From a virus: 64,000 bases of DNA. This document shows positions 42,472 through 52,100 of this stretch, piece by piece. The notes under the pieces are model-generated. The model was not told where the DNA came from, searched no databases, and was given only the letters and a program-made list of their open reading frames with translations. The position numbers were made by a program, and so were the translations under genes. Location: IMG/VR virus record IMGVR_UViG_3300025751_000003. One strand, given 5' to 3'. The first letter of the stretch is position 1, and every line of letters begins with the position of its first letter.

Positions 42472-42531
42472 TCTATGCAGAATAGCATAATGTATAGTAG
42501 AATAGGCAAATAAAGCTTCTACAGTGTATGT
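42472..42531. promoter_or_regulatory. divergent promoter/operator region
   Basis: TATAGT (42493..42498) is bracketed by direct repeats of AGAATAG (42479..42485 and 42499..42505). Confidence 0.5.
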
Positions 42532-43728
42532 ATGAGCACCACATCTTGCCGGTACGACGTTTCTCCTATTGAGAAATACGAAGTAACACCGGAGGGTTAC
42601 CTTCGTGTGTGGGCTTCTATTGCTCGTACTGGTATTCAGCATTACACCGATGCTGACGGTTCTATCAGGAAGGAATTCCGTCCTGAAACCGAAGTGGCGT
42701 CTCCTGAAAGCCTTGCCTCATTTGCGGGGAAGGCCATCACTATGGAACATCCTCCTGTCCTTCTGGACAGTGAGAACACCAAGGATTACCAAATCGGTTT
42801 TACCGGCTCGGAAATTGTTTATGACAATGGCTTTGTAAAAGCCGTCATGACAGTGACTGATCGCGAAACTATTGACAAGGTAATGCGCGGCGATGTTCGT
42901 GAAGTGAGCGCCGGCTATAGGGTCAATTATGATCCGACGCCTGGCGTTACCGATAGTGGCGAGCATTACGACGGTATCCAAAAGGAGATCAGTGGTAATC
43001 ACGTTGCTATCGTTCGTCGGGGCCGAGCCGGCCCGCAGGTGAGGTTGCATTTGGATCGCCAAGATGCTGCCGATCCCTCCCTACTTTCCACTGAGGAAAA
43101 TCAAACTATGTCCGCCAAAGTCGTTTTCGACGGCGCCGAGTTTGAGGTGAGCGAGAGCGTTGCTCTGGCGATCACCAAAGAACGCGATGACGCCAAGATG
43201 TCCTACGAGGACATGAAAAAGAAGTACGACGAGCTGCAGGCTGCTGCTGATTCCATGAAGGCCGAAATGGACGCCATGGAAGAAGAAATGAAGGGCAAAA
43301 TGGACGGGGCCGAAGGTCGCGCCGATGCCCTGGCCGAGCAAGTCGATTCTCTGAAGGCTGAGCTGGAAGAAGCCAAGCAAATCAACGTGGATTCCATTGT
43401 TGAAGAGCGCCTGGCCCTTGTTTCCAAGGCTAAGCCCGTACTGGATGCCGCTTATGAATTTAGCGGCAAGAGCGACCGTGAAGTGATGGTTGACGCCATC
43501 AAGGCAGTTCGCGGCGACTCTGTTGCTCTGGACGAGCGTTCCGACGATTACGTCCTGGCAATGTTCGACACCATCTCTGAAGATGCTGCCAATCGCGCTG
43601 ATTCCACCGAGGATCTGCGTAAGGCGGTGGCTTCCATCGCCACTCCTGCGTCTGCTCCCTCCTCGTATATCGAGAAGCTGCAGAATGCCTGGAAATCTCC
43701 CCTGTCTGTCTCCAAGGAGGCTAAGTAA
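42532..43728 (+). CDS. DUF2213-type prohead protease/scaffolding protein
   Basis: EGYLRVWASIARTGIQHYTD..., GKAITMEHPP, REVSAGYRV. The C-terminal half is an acidic coiled coil. Confidence 0.65.
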   Translation: MSTTSCRYDVSPIEKYEVTPEGYLRVWASIARTGIQHYTDADGSIRKEFRPETEVASPESLASFAGKAITMEHPPVLLDSENTKDYQIGFTGSEIVYDNGFVKAVMTVTDRETIDKVMRGDVREVSAGYRVNYDPTPGVTDSGEHYDGIQKEISGNHVAIVRRGRAGPQVRLHLDRQDAADPSLLSTEENQTMSAKVVFDGAEFEVSESVALAITKERDDAKMSYEDMKKKYDELQAAADSMKAEMDAMEEEMKGKMDGAEGRADALAEQVDSLKAELEEAKQINVDSIVEERLALVSKAKPVLDAAYEFSGKSDREVMVDAIKAVRGDSVALDERSDDYVLAMFDTISEDAANRADSTEDLRKAVASIATPASAPSSYIEKLQNAWKSPLSVSKEAK

Positions 43729-43731
43729 TCC

Positions 43732-44301
43732 ATGGCCGTAACTTTTTCGACCAGCGCAGGTGCTGCCGGTGGCGTTCAATCCAGCTATGAGCTGGAGCTG
43801 ACTGCTGCTCTGGAAGGCCAATTCGCTGACATTGCCGACAACAACGTCGCCACTTTCGTGAACGAAACTGGCGCCGCCATCGCTTACGGAAACCTTCTGG
43901 TGGTTAACACTGCTGGCACCGTGGGCAACTCCGCCAAGACTGTGGCCGCCACTGGCGACACTGTCGTGGGCGTGAACGCTCTCACCTACGTGGACGAGAA
44001 GGTGCTTGACGCCAACTCCCGTCCTGGTGTTGCTGATGAGCAAGCTGTCAATGCAATCAACAAGGGCGTGGTTGCCGTCTACGTGACCGGCGCTGTTGAT
44101 CTCACCTCCCCCGTGCGCGTGTACTACGCCACTCACACTGGCACCACTGCTGGTGCTCACCCCGGTCGCTTCTCTCACGCTTACGTGAGCGGCAAGACCC
44201 GTCGCCTGACTGGCGCCCGCTGGGTGTCCAAGACCACTGGCGCTGGTGTTGCTCTGCTGGAGCTGAACGGCCCCGATTTCACCCTTGCCGCCGATTCCTG
44301 A
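43732..44301 (+). CDS. head structural/decoration protein (putative)
   Basis: Lies between the scaffold and capsid genes. 189 aa, Ala/Gly/Thr-rich. Confidence 0.45.
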   Translation: MAVTFSTSAGAAGGVQSSYELELTAALEGQFADIADNNVATFVNETGAAIAYGNLLVVNTAGTVGNSAKTVAATGDTVVGVNALTYVDEKVLDANSRPGVADEQAVNAINKGVVAVYVTGAVDLTSPVRVYYATHTGTTAGAHPGRFSHAYVSGKTRRLTGARWVSKTTGAGVALLELNGPDFTLAADS

Positions 44302-44313
44302 TAGGAGTACACA

Positions 44314-45228
44314 ATGAGCGAATTTCGTATGGATGAAGCGGGCCTGTTCCTTGAGCGTCAGCTTGAGTACATCCGCCCGCAAGTGTTTGAAGTCGAGTAT
44401 GCCGACATCAAATACCCCACAATTCTGCCTGTAACCAGCGAAGCTGGTCCTGGCGCCCAGACCTTCACCTATCGCATCATGGATGCGACTGGTGACTTCA
44501 AGCTCATCTCTGACGCTGCAGATGATCTGCCGCGTGCTGATGTGAGCCAGGTCGAGAAGAGCATCAACATCCGCTCCTTCGGTGGCTCCTTCGGCTACAC
44601 CGTGCAGGAACTGCGTGCAGCTCAAATGGCCAATCTGGCCCTGGAGCAGCGCCGTGCCGCCGCTGTGCGTCGCGCTTACGAAGAGAAAGTGGAGAGCGTT
44701 GCTCTGTTCGGTGAGGCCTCTGTTGGCCTGGCTGGCTTCTTTAACAACTCCACTGTGGACGTTGTGTCTGCTGACAAGTGGTTCACTGGCGCTACCGCCA
44801 CTGGCACCACTGCTCAGGACATGCTGGAACTGATGAACCAGGGCGTTACCGCCATCATCAATGGCTCCAACATGAAGGAGCAGCCCGACACCATTCTGAT
44901 GGCTTGGGAAGATTACAACGTGGTTTCGACCACTCGTAACTCTGACTCTTCGGATGTGACTGTGCTGGAGTACTTCCTGCGCACCAACCCCTTCATCCGC
45001 AACGTCGAGCCCATCAACCAGCTCGATGCTGACAAGAGCAGCCTCAGCAAGAACCGGATGGTCATCTACAAGCGTGATCCCGGCAAAGTGCAACTGCACA
45101 TTCCTCAGCCTCTTGAACTGTTCCCCCCTCAGCAGCGCGGTCTGGAATTCATTGTTCCGGCTCATGCTCGCGTGGGTGGCGTCGCTCTGTACTATCCCAA
45201 GAGCGTCATCTACGTTCAGGCTCCCTGA
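44314..45228 (+). CDS. major capsid protein (DUF2184 / HK97-fold type)
   Basis: FLERQLEYIRPQVFEVEYADIKYPTILPV... plus its position after the DUF2213 gene. 304 aa. Confidence 0.8.
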   Translation: MSEFRMDEAGLFLERQLEYIRPQVFEVEYADIKYPTILPVTSEAGPGAQTFTYRIMDATGDFKLISDAADDLPRADVSQVEKSINIRSFGGSFGYTVQELRAAQMANLALEQRRAAAVRRAYEEKVESVALFGEASVGLAGFFNNSTVDVVSADKWFTGATATGTTAQDMLELMNQGVTAIINGSNMKEQPDTILMAWEDYNVVSTTRNSDSSDVTVLEYFLRTNPFIRNVEPINQLDADKSSLSKNRMVIYKRDPGKVQLHIPQPLELFPPQQRGLEFIVPAHARVGGVALYYPKSVIYVQAP

Positions 45229-45292
45229 GAAAGCCCTTAGGTAGTTTGTCAAGAATGGGCGGTTAAGCTTATCAAGTTTGTTAATTCAACAA

Positions 45293-45679
45293 ATGTTGAT
45301 TGCTTACCGCCCTGAACTTGAAAACCCGCCGCGAGAGGCCAGTTTCGGAGTGATTACTAAGCGAGGCATGATTAGCCTTGCGCCCGGTCTTAATCAGGAA
45401 ATTCCTGATGAGCAATGGGAAGAAGCAAAACTGAACCCTACGGTGCAGGGACTTCTTCGCATTGGGGCTATTGAGGAGATGAAGGAGCGAGTGGAAGTGG
45501 AAACTATTCCCAAGTCCGCCGAAAACCTTTCTCAGCTTCCGCTTAGTCAGGCTATCCAGGCCATTGAACTTCTCCACGACGAGGACAAACTCGGAGATTG
45601 GAAGAAGATTGAAGGTCGCGTGAGGGTCCGCAATGCGATTAACCGTCGTCTTGAAGCCATTCGCACAGGAAAAGCATGA
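45293..45679 (+). CDS. hypothetical head-associated protein
   Basis: ATG at 45293 in track ORF 45278..45679. Confidence 0.5.
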   Translation: MLIAYRPELENPPREASFGVITKRGMISLAPGLNQEIPDEQWEEAKLNPTVQGLLRIGAIEEMKERVEVETIPKSAENLSQLPLSQAIQAIELLHDEDKLGDWKKIEGRVRVRNAINRRLEAIRTGKA

Positions 45680-45987
45680 GTGTCACTTACGCTGGTTTTC
45701 TAGAGCGTTTCCCCGAGTTCAGCCCTCATCCATCGGGAATTGTGAACGGCGCTATTGAGAGCGCCTCTGCAGACGTTTCGTCAGACATCTTTGGTGATCA
45801 GACTGACCGAGCAGTGCGTTTTCTAGCCGCTCACATCATTGCTATTCAGCTTGCACAAATGGGCGTCATGATTGGCGCAACAGACGGCAAGGTTTATGGC
45901 AAAGGTCTCGACGCCACGTTGTATGGGCAAGAGTTCAAACGTCTCACTGATGCGGCATCATCCTCTCTGCTTGGTTTCGTTGTCTAA
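45676..45987 (+). CDS. head-tail adaptor (DUF4054-like)
   Basis: YAGFLERFPEFSP...RAVRFLAAHIIA. Confidence 0.55.
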   Translation: MSVTYAGFLERFPEFSPHPSGIVNGAIESASADVSSDIFGDQTDRAVRFLAAHIIAIQLAQMGVMIGATDGKVYGKGLDATLYGQEFKRLTDAASSSLLGFVV

Positions 45988-46376
45988 TGACCAATCCTGC
46001 TCCGCCACTAGCTAATGCCACACTGGTGTTTGCAGTGGCGAGCGGATATGCGACAGACTCGGCCACTGGTAATTACGTTGAAATCACTGGAGATGAAACG
46101 TACTATGCCACTTTGAAGCAGAGCAAGGATCCTCGATACGATCAACGACTCGGGGCTGATGAAACTGCCATCTATATGAAGGGCAGGCTTGTTAGCCCAC
46201 TGGCGTTTTCGGGAGTGCCCCCTGGAAGTGTGGCTGCGGCCACCATTGAAAATCAGGAGGGGCGTTTTGAATTACTCCCTACGACCGAGATGACTGACCA
46301 CTACCGTCAGTTTCTGGGCACTCCAATCCACGGCTACTTTAGAGTTGTGGGAGCAGGTAGTGTCCTTAATCGTTAA
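45987..46376 (+). CDS. head-tail joining protein (putative)
   Basis: Called from position and coupling only. Confidence 0.45.
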   Translation: MTNPAPPLANATLVFAVASGYATDSATGNYVEITGDETYYATLKQSKDPRYDQRLGADETAIYMKGRLVSPLAFSGVPPGSVAAATIENQEGRFELLPTTEMTDHYRQFLGTPIHGYFRVVGAGSVLNR

Positions 46377-46399
46377 TCACGCTCCTTCGCATTGTTTCA

Positions 46400-46978
46400 A
46401 TGGCCATTCAACATCCCACACAGATCATCAAGAGCCAGGACACCATTGTGTATGTGGGCGCTCTTTCCGGCGCCACTCGTCCTGCCATCACTCCCGCGTC
46501 TGCTGGCGCTCTTAGCCGTCCCACTTCGGGCGTTCCTTCCGCCATGTATTTCCTTGGCGGCGTGACCAATGCCTCCGTTTCATTTAACGATGGTGAGCAA
46601 GAATACTATCTGCTCGGCAACGGTGGCTTCGCTGATAGCGTGAAAGTCACCCAGCGTTGCCAAGCTTCCATCACTTCGTATTTCCAGAAGGATCTGGACG
46701 GCAGTCAGATTGACGAAACTCAATTTGACGAAGCCATGGATCTGATCCTGCGCGGCCGTACTGAGAAAGATTTTGAACTCTATGTTGAAATCTTCAAGTT
46801 CCTCGGTGGTCAAACTTATGACCTCACCTGCTTTGCAGCTACCGTGATGAACTACAACGAGAGTTACCCTGCTGACAACCTCGTTGAGACCACTTTCGAC
46901 CTGATGAGCCGTGGCACTTACGGCACTGGTCGTTGCACCATCTCTGGCGCAATCCTGCCTAGCACTCCCAACGCTTGA
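46400..46978 (+). CDS. putative major tail tube protein
   Basis: 192-aa beta-rich ORF, the only gene in the tail block followed by a strong terminator. Confidence 0.45.
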   Translation: MAIQHPTQIIKSQDTIVYVGALSGATRPAITPASAGALSRPTSGVPSAMYFLGGVTNASVSFNDGEQEYYLLGNGGFADSVKVTQRCQASITSYFQKDLDGSQIDETQFDEAMDLILRGRTEKDFELYVEIFKFLGGQTYDLTCFAATVMNYNESYPADNLVETTFDLMSRGTYGTGRCTISGAILPSTPNA

Positions 46979-47003
46979 TCATCAAGCTAGAGGCGTTCTC
47001 ACA

Positions 47004-47028
47004 AGCCCCCGAAAGGGGGCTATTTTAT
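47004..47028 (+). terminator. rho-independent terminator
   Basis: AGCCCCC-gaaa-GGGGGCT followed by ATTTTATT. Confidence 0.75.
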
Positions 47029-47032
47029 TGAT

Positions 47033-47443
47033 ATGAACATCCTGGAAATCCGCAGCACTGTCGAGCAATTGTTGTCCGACTTGCTCGGGAGTTATACGCT
47101 TCCCAATGGCTCTGCAGTGCCTGCATTGTGGGTGGATGGGCGCAGTGGTGTGCCGAAAGGATGGCAAGTGCAGGGATTAGAAGCATCGATTAGGCAATAT
47201 CCAACACGCGCTTCACGCCCTTTGATGGGAATGGTAGAAATGCGAAAGTCTTGGGAGGTTGTGTTGTCGCAATACGACCCTGCCGCAGAGGACATGGACG
47301 AGGCCGTTGATCGAATTATGCGGCACTTCCCAGACTGTGCAGTAAGAGGATTTCCTTCTAGTGATAGAGAATATCAGTATGCCAGGATCATCATTCCTGA
47401 CATTGAAATTGCCACGCAATACCGCCCTGTTGCTAACGAATGA
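47033..47443 (+). CDS. tail completion/terminator-like protein
   Basis: 136 aa, DUF3168-like pattern. Called from position. Confidence 0.4.
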   Translation: MNILEIRSTVEQLLSDLLGSYTLPNGSAVPALWVDGRSGVPKGWQVQGLEASIRQYPTRASRPLMGMVEMRKSWEVVLSQYDPAAEDMDEAVDRIMRHFPDCAVRGFPSSDREYQYARIIIPDIEIATQYRPVANE

Positions 47444-47913
47444 ACGTAAGCGTAAATGCTGCAATAGTAAGCGCCAAGATTGTAAATGCCAAGGATCTTG
47501 AGCAGCAATTAGCCACTGCCTTTAAGCAGTGGCTAGAGGAAGACGTGAACGACGAATATATGAGCGAACAGTTCCAGACAAGCAAATGGGCCTATCCGCC
47601 GCCGTCAACAGAAAGAAAGAACGGAACTATTGCGGGCAATCCTCGTGACATCTTCGACACTGGAGAGTTGTTTCGCAGTGGACAGGAAAGCTTTTCAATT
47701 AGTCAAAACTCATCTTCAATTGAAGGAAAGTGGCATTGGAATGCCACTAATTCCAGCGGGGAAGAATATGCATGGTTCGTCCATGAAGGTCAAGGGCCGC
47801 ATTCACGGGCTCCGCGTCCATGGACAGACGAGATTTCCTATGGCTACCTCTTTGAAACAAGTGATGTGAAGCGCGACCTGGAGATTAGAGTGACGCGAGC
47901 CTTTAATGCCTGA
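47440..47913 (+). CDS. HK97 gp10-like neck protein
   Basis: YAWFVHEGQGPHSRAPRPWTDE resembles the gp10-family EfGT..a.PF motif. Confidence 0.45.
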   Translation: MNVSVNAAIVSAKIVNAKDLEQQLATAFKQWLEEDVNDEYMSEQFQTSKWAYPPPSTERKNGTIAGNPRDIFDTGELFRSGQESFSISQNSSSIEGKWHWNATNSSGEEYAWFVHEGQGPHSRAPRPWTDEISYGYLFETSDVKRDLEIRVTRAFNA

Positions 47914-48170
47914 TGCGATACGACTATTTGAAGAGCGATGATGGCAAGGTCCATGTGATCAATGCCAGAAAAAACTATGCCACGCTTGAGGCGGGCATAG
48001 TTTGCGTGATTGCTTCTACGGAAACCACCTGTAGAATTTCTGACGACAACAATGCTTTCGTCGTAGAGCTTCCTGACACACTTCTTTCTAGTGGCGACAG
48101 GGTGAAAGCTTTCAATGTTGACCTATCTATCCTGAGCCATGAGCAAATACAGCTTTCTCCTCCAATCTGA
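47913..48170 (+). CDS. hypothetical protein
   Basis: 85-aa ORF. Confidence 0.45.
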   Translation: MRYDYLKSDDGKVHVINARKNYATLEAGIVCVIASTETTCRISDDNNAFVVELPDTLLSSGDRVKAFNVDLSILSHEQIQLSPPI

Positions 48171-48663
48171 AGAGGCGGAGTATTTTGAGCTTCTGCCCAA
48201 CATTCGTCTGAAGAAGCACAATGGCTGGTTAGTGGCGGAGTCAATTGAGCAGGAGCAGATTGCTCGCGCTCAGAGTCAGGCAACCATTCGTGCTGTGCAG
48301 CTTGCAAAGCGCATCTCTGAAGCCAAGGACATCCCCTTGGAGGAGGCGTTTGGACTGCTGCAGAACGGCACTTCGTTCAATGAAATGGAGCTGCTGTCTG
48401 ACTACACAGAAGAAACCCTTGGGATGCTCACATCGGGATCTTCTGCTGAAACCAACAATGCCAAGCTAGTCACCACATTCATCCGCACTCGCGGCGAGGG
48501 CTTGATTGATGGTGAATGGCAACCGCTGCCGGACTGGTCTCTTGATGACACAAAGGAAATGGGGCGGTCCATCATTGACAAGGTAATGGAGTTTATTGTT
48601 GAAGAGCAAGGCAAGGAGACTGAGGAGCAAGAAGCAAAAAAATCCCAGAAGAAGGCGGGTTAA
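48139..48663 (+). CDS. tail assembly chaperone, G-like
   Basis: Acidic 174-aa ORF two genes upstream of the tape measure, with an in-phase slippery heptamer near its end. Confidence 0.6.
   Translation: MSKYSFLLQSEEAEYFELLPNIRLKKHNGWLVAESIEQEQIARAQSQATIRAVQLAKRISEAKDIPLEEAFGLLQNGTSFNEMELLSDYTEETLGMLTSGSSAETNNAKLVTTFIRTRGEGLIDGEWQPLPDWSLDDTKEMGRSIIDKVMEFIVEEQGKETEEQEAKKSQKKAG
48636..48642 (+). promoter_or_regulatory. -1 programmed frameshift slippery site A AAA AAA
   Basis: The zero frame reads GCA AAA AAA TCC. The -1 frame is closed by TGA at 48621 and then open from 48624 through to 49106. Confidence 0.65.
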
Positions 48664-49106
48664 GCGAAGTTGAGCGGCTTGAAAAAGCCGCTCGACGGCG
48701 CCTGTCTTCGTTGGCAAATTGGAACGAAATATACTTTCGACTTAGTTCATCAGACTTAAAAGATCCACGGTGGCATTGTGAGAATTTTGCAATGCAAAAG
48801 GTGGATGATGTTGAGGCTGCGTTGAAGTTTCTAGAGAAGCAGGATATTTATAGATACAACGTGAACAGTTTGTCAACAGCAAAGCTTGGCACTGTTGTTG
48901 TTGGAGCACTGGGCGGCAAGCGTAATGACGTGGGGGTGGATGACTTCCTGCCGTTTGACACTAGGAAGCTTAAGAAGGACACTGGTGTGACTGATGCGAG
49001 CCTGAAGGTATTGAAGGGCTTGATGAGTACACATCGTCTTGATCCACGTCTGGTCGCAACACTTGCCAATGAAATCAAGAGCGCATCAATGAGAGAAGAC
49101 GAATAG
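48642..49106 (+). CDS. T-like segment, probably expressed as a G-T fusion by -1 frameshift
   Basis: Track ORF 48711..49106 begins at TTG only. Its frame is continuous back to the slippery site with no stop codon. Confidence 0.55.
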   Translation: MPEEGGLSEVERLEKAARRRLSSLANWNEIYFRLSSSDLKDPRWHCENFAMQKVDDVEAALKFLEKQDIYRYNVNSLSTAKLGTVVVGALGGKRNDVGVDDFLPFDTRKLKKDTGVTDASLKVLKGLMSTHRLDPRLVATLANEIKSASMREDE

Positions 49107-49155
49107 CATGGGCCACACATGGCTACACTATTAAAATAAAGGGCGTTGTGTAGGA

Positions 49156-52100
49156 ATGGCCGCTGAGCTAAGGCTTAATGTTGCTCTTGACCTCGCATAT
49201 TTCAGGCAGCAACTTCCAAAACTCAGCCAAGCCGCTGCAGGGTATCGCCTACCTCTGCAGGTAAAGTTTGATGCGCGTCAATTACGCAAGGAGCTAAATA
49301 AGCTTACTGGCCGCAGGGAATTCCGTATCAATCTGAATGATACGGCGATCAAGAGCGCGTTAGATAGCACTCAGAAATTAGAGCAAGCCCTTAAGCGGCT
49401 TCAGACAGCATCTCGTGGAGCTGCGCCTGTTGCGCCAATTGGCGTGCAGGGTTTAAGCAAAACTGCGTCGAAGGGCGGGGTTAACAAGGCTCAAATTGCA
49501 AAGCTTTACGAAGCTCTTGCAATTGCTGGCGTAGAGGGTTTCCAGCGAGGAGTTAAGAAAAATCGCGACGAGATGGTCGCGGAGATTGGCGGCCTGAGTG
49601 CGGACACAATTAGTGGCTTGCTCAACGGCCTTAAATCAGGTGATCCGAAGCTGAAGGCAGCAGCGCGAAGCCTTGGCAGCTCGCTGATTAACAGCTTCAA
49701 GGCAGTGCTTGGCATTGCTTCTCCATCGAGAGAATTCAAATATTTAGGTGAGTTTGCCGCTGAAGGCTTTGAGATTGGACTAACTCAGGGTCTAAAGGAA
49801 GCTGAAGCTTCCGCAATGAACCGCATGCGGGCGATGCTTGCGGCTCTAAAAGGAGAGGCATCGAAGTTCGGCCCGGCCTTGATGATGGCCAGCGGTATGG
49901 GCGGTGGCCAGCAGAAAGGGCTGCGTGAAGCCCTTCTCATGGCTGCTGGCATGGGCGGACTTTATACGCCTGAAACCCAAGGCCAGCGCATGTTCCGCCA
50001 GGCGCGAGAGGGTATTGCGGGCCGTTACGGAGCAGTGCCCAGTGCCACGTTTGCTGGTGGCGGCTCTGGCACTTACAACCTTGGCAGACAGGCCATTCAA
50101 GGGCCTCAACTGCCCGTTCGTGGCGTCTTCGACAGCACTCCTTCACCGCCACGCATTGCCGGCCTTCTTGGTCCTAGCGGCACTGCAGAGGCCACTAGGG
50201 CCGCTGCATTGGCGCTTAAGGAACTGGAGGCTCGCGCAAGATCTGCGGCACGTTCTGCTGCTGTGTTTGCAGAGGATGCAGCGCGTGCTTCTCGGCGTCG
50301 AGGACTGGAAGTGGCGTCGGGACAGGTGCCTCTTGGTGGCGGAGGTCGCTACTTGCCCCCTGGTGGAGGCGGCGGCGGTGGTGGTCGCAGTGGTGGCTTT
50401 GGTGGTATCGGGCCGAATTTTGGTCGCGACCTCGGCCGTGGTTTTGTTGGTCGCGGTGGTGGTATCGCCGGGGAAATTGCTAACGAGTTTGGCAATGCAA
50501 CTAAGCAAGTGTTGCTGTTTGGCACGGCTTACAAGGCACTTGCTGCCATCACTTCATTGCCTGGCAACATCGCGAATGCCACGGCAAGTCTGCAGTCGTT
50601 CCGCAACCAGCTAGAGGCAGTTACTGGCGGCGGCCAAGTGATGGCCGACAGCTTGGAGCTGATTGAAAGCACCGTGGCACGCTTTAACGTGCCGGTGCAG
50701 TCTGCACGAGATGGCTTCGTTCGGCTTTATGCGTCGATGAAGCCTGCTGGCATTGACCTTGGAACGATTAACAATCTGTTCACTGGCCTGTCAGCCACCG
50801 CATCGACATTCGGCATGAGTGCCGACCAAGTTGATCGGATGACTTACGCACTGGCTCAGATGGCCAGTAAAGGTCAGATTATGACCGAAGAACTGAAGGG
50901 ACAGCTAGGTGATGTGTTCCCTCAGGCCGTGAGTCTGTTCGCTGAAGCCACTGGCTTTATGAACGACACGATGGACGATGCCGCGAAGAGTCAGGGCATG
51001 TCGCAATTCCTTCAAGCCTTGGAGGATGGTGCCTTCAAGGGCGAGAAGATGAAGCAAGTGCTGTCCAATGTGGGCATTGCACTTAAGAAGTTTGAAGGTA
51101 GTGCAGACAAGGCTGCTGGTTCGTTCCAGAACCAGATGAACAAGCTTAACAATGCGTTGACTGGCTTCTACGAGAGTTTCTCGCCGGCAGCAGGCGCGTT
51201 CCTTGGTGAATTCGTTACGCCCATGGTGCAGGCGCTCACTGAAGTGGGTGATGCAGTGAAACTTGCGTTGTCTGGTGATGAAATAGAGAACAATGATCTC
51301 GCCGCATATTTCCGGGATGAACTGTTCCCGCAGTTGATCAACATCAAGGATGGTTTGGTCACTGCAGCGCAAACAGTCGGTCAGTTCGCACAAGCATTGG
51401 CGGTTGTGCTGCGCCCCCTGGCGCAGCTCATCCTTGGCAATCAGCAGTTTGTCAGTGTACTTACAAGAGCCATTGTTCTCCTTGGGGGATTCAGGGTTGC
51501 CGCTGCCGCAGTAAATGCAACTGGCATCATTCCTCTCATTCGTAACATCATTCGTTACAACGGGGTTTTCCGAATCTTCCTCACGCAAACTGCCGCTGGC
51601 TCTAGCGGCCTTACTGCACTGAGGAATGCATCTGTCGCAACTGGCGTGGGCATGCGTCAAGCTGCGGTGGGCGTGAGAGTGCTTGCGACGGCAATTCGCA
51701 CTGCGCTGGTTGCTTCTGCGATTGGTATTGCTTTGGTGGCTATCAGTGCATTGATTGAAAAGATCATGCAGCTCAAGGCTACCGCCGAGAGCATTGAAGG
51801 TCAGAGAGGGGGAGCTGGCACCAGGATCAAGAAGGCTGCAGAGATGGCAGGAACCGAAGGGATGAAGGCCGAGCAAGCTCGTGTTGGCGCCGAGATCTCA
51901 AGCAGAGAGAAGAGCATTGGCATTCTTGAGCGACTGCAGCAAGGTGAGACGATTTCAGAGAAGGAACGTGCTCAACTGAAAGCCACCGGCAGCTTGCCTA
52001 GTGGCCTGATGCAGACGAAGGGAGGTTTTACTGCAAAGAGTATTTCATACGCAGGGGGAGGGGCCTTTAAGGAGGATATTGCGGGTGATGTTGGCGAAGT

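Noticed and set aside
42472-42642. N-terminal extension of the XRE ORF (full track ORF 42181..42642).
   Set aside because: The extension overlaps the scaffold/protease start and the putative promoter. It is hydrophobic/Arg-rich with no similarity to XRE proteins, and the internal Met at 42471 gives a normal HTH protein.
43081-45252. 723-aa minus-strand ORF, the second-longest ORF in the track.
   Set aside because: It lies antisense to the scaffold C-terminus, decoration and major capsid genes. Its composition is low complexity (Gly/Ala/Ser/His/Val-rich) with no motifs. The plus-strand genes have recognisable family signatures and tight coupling.
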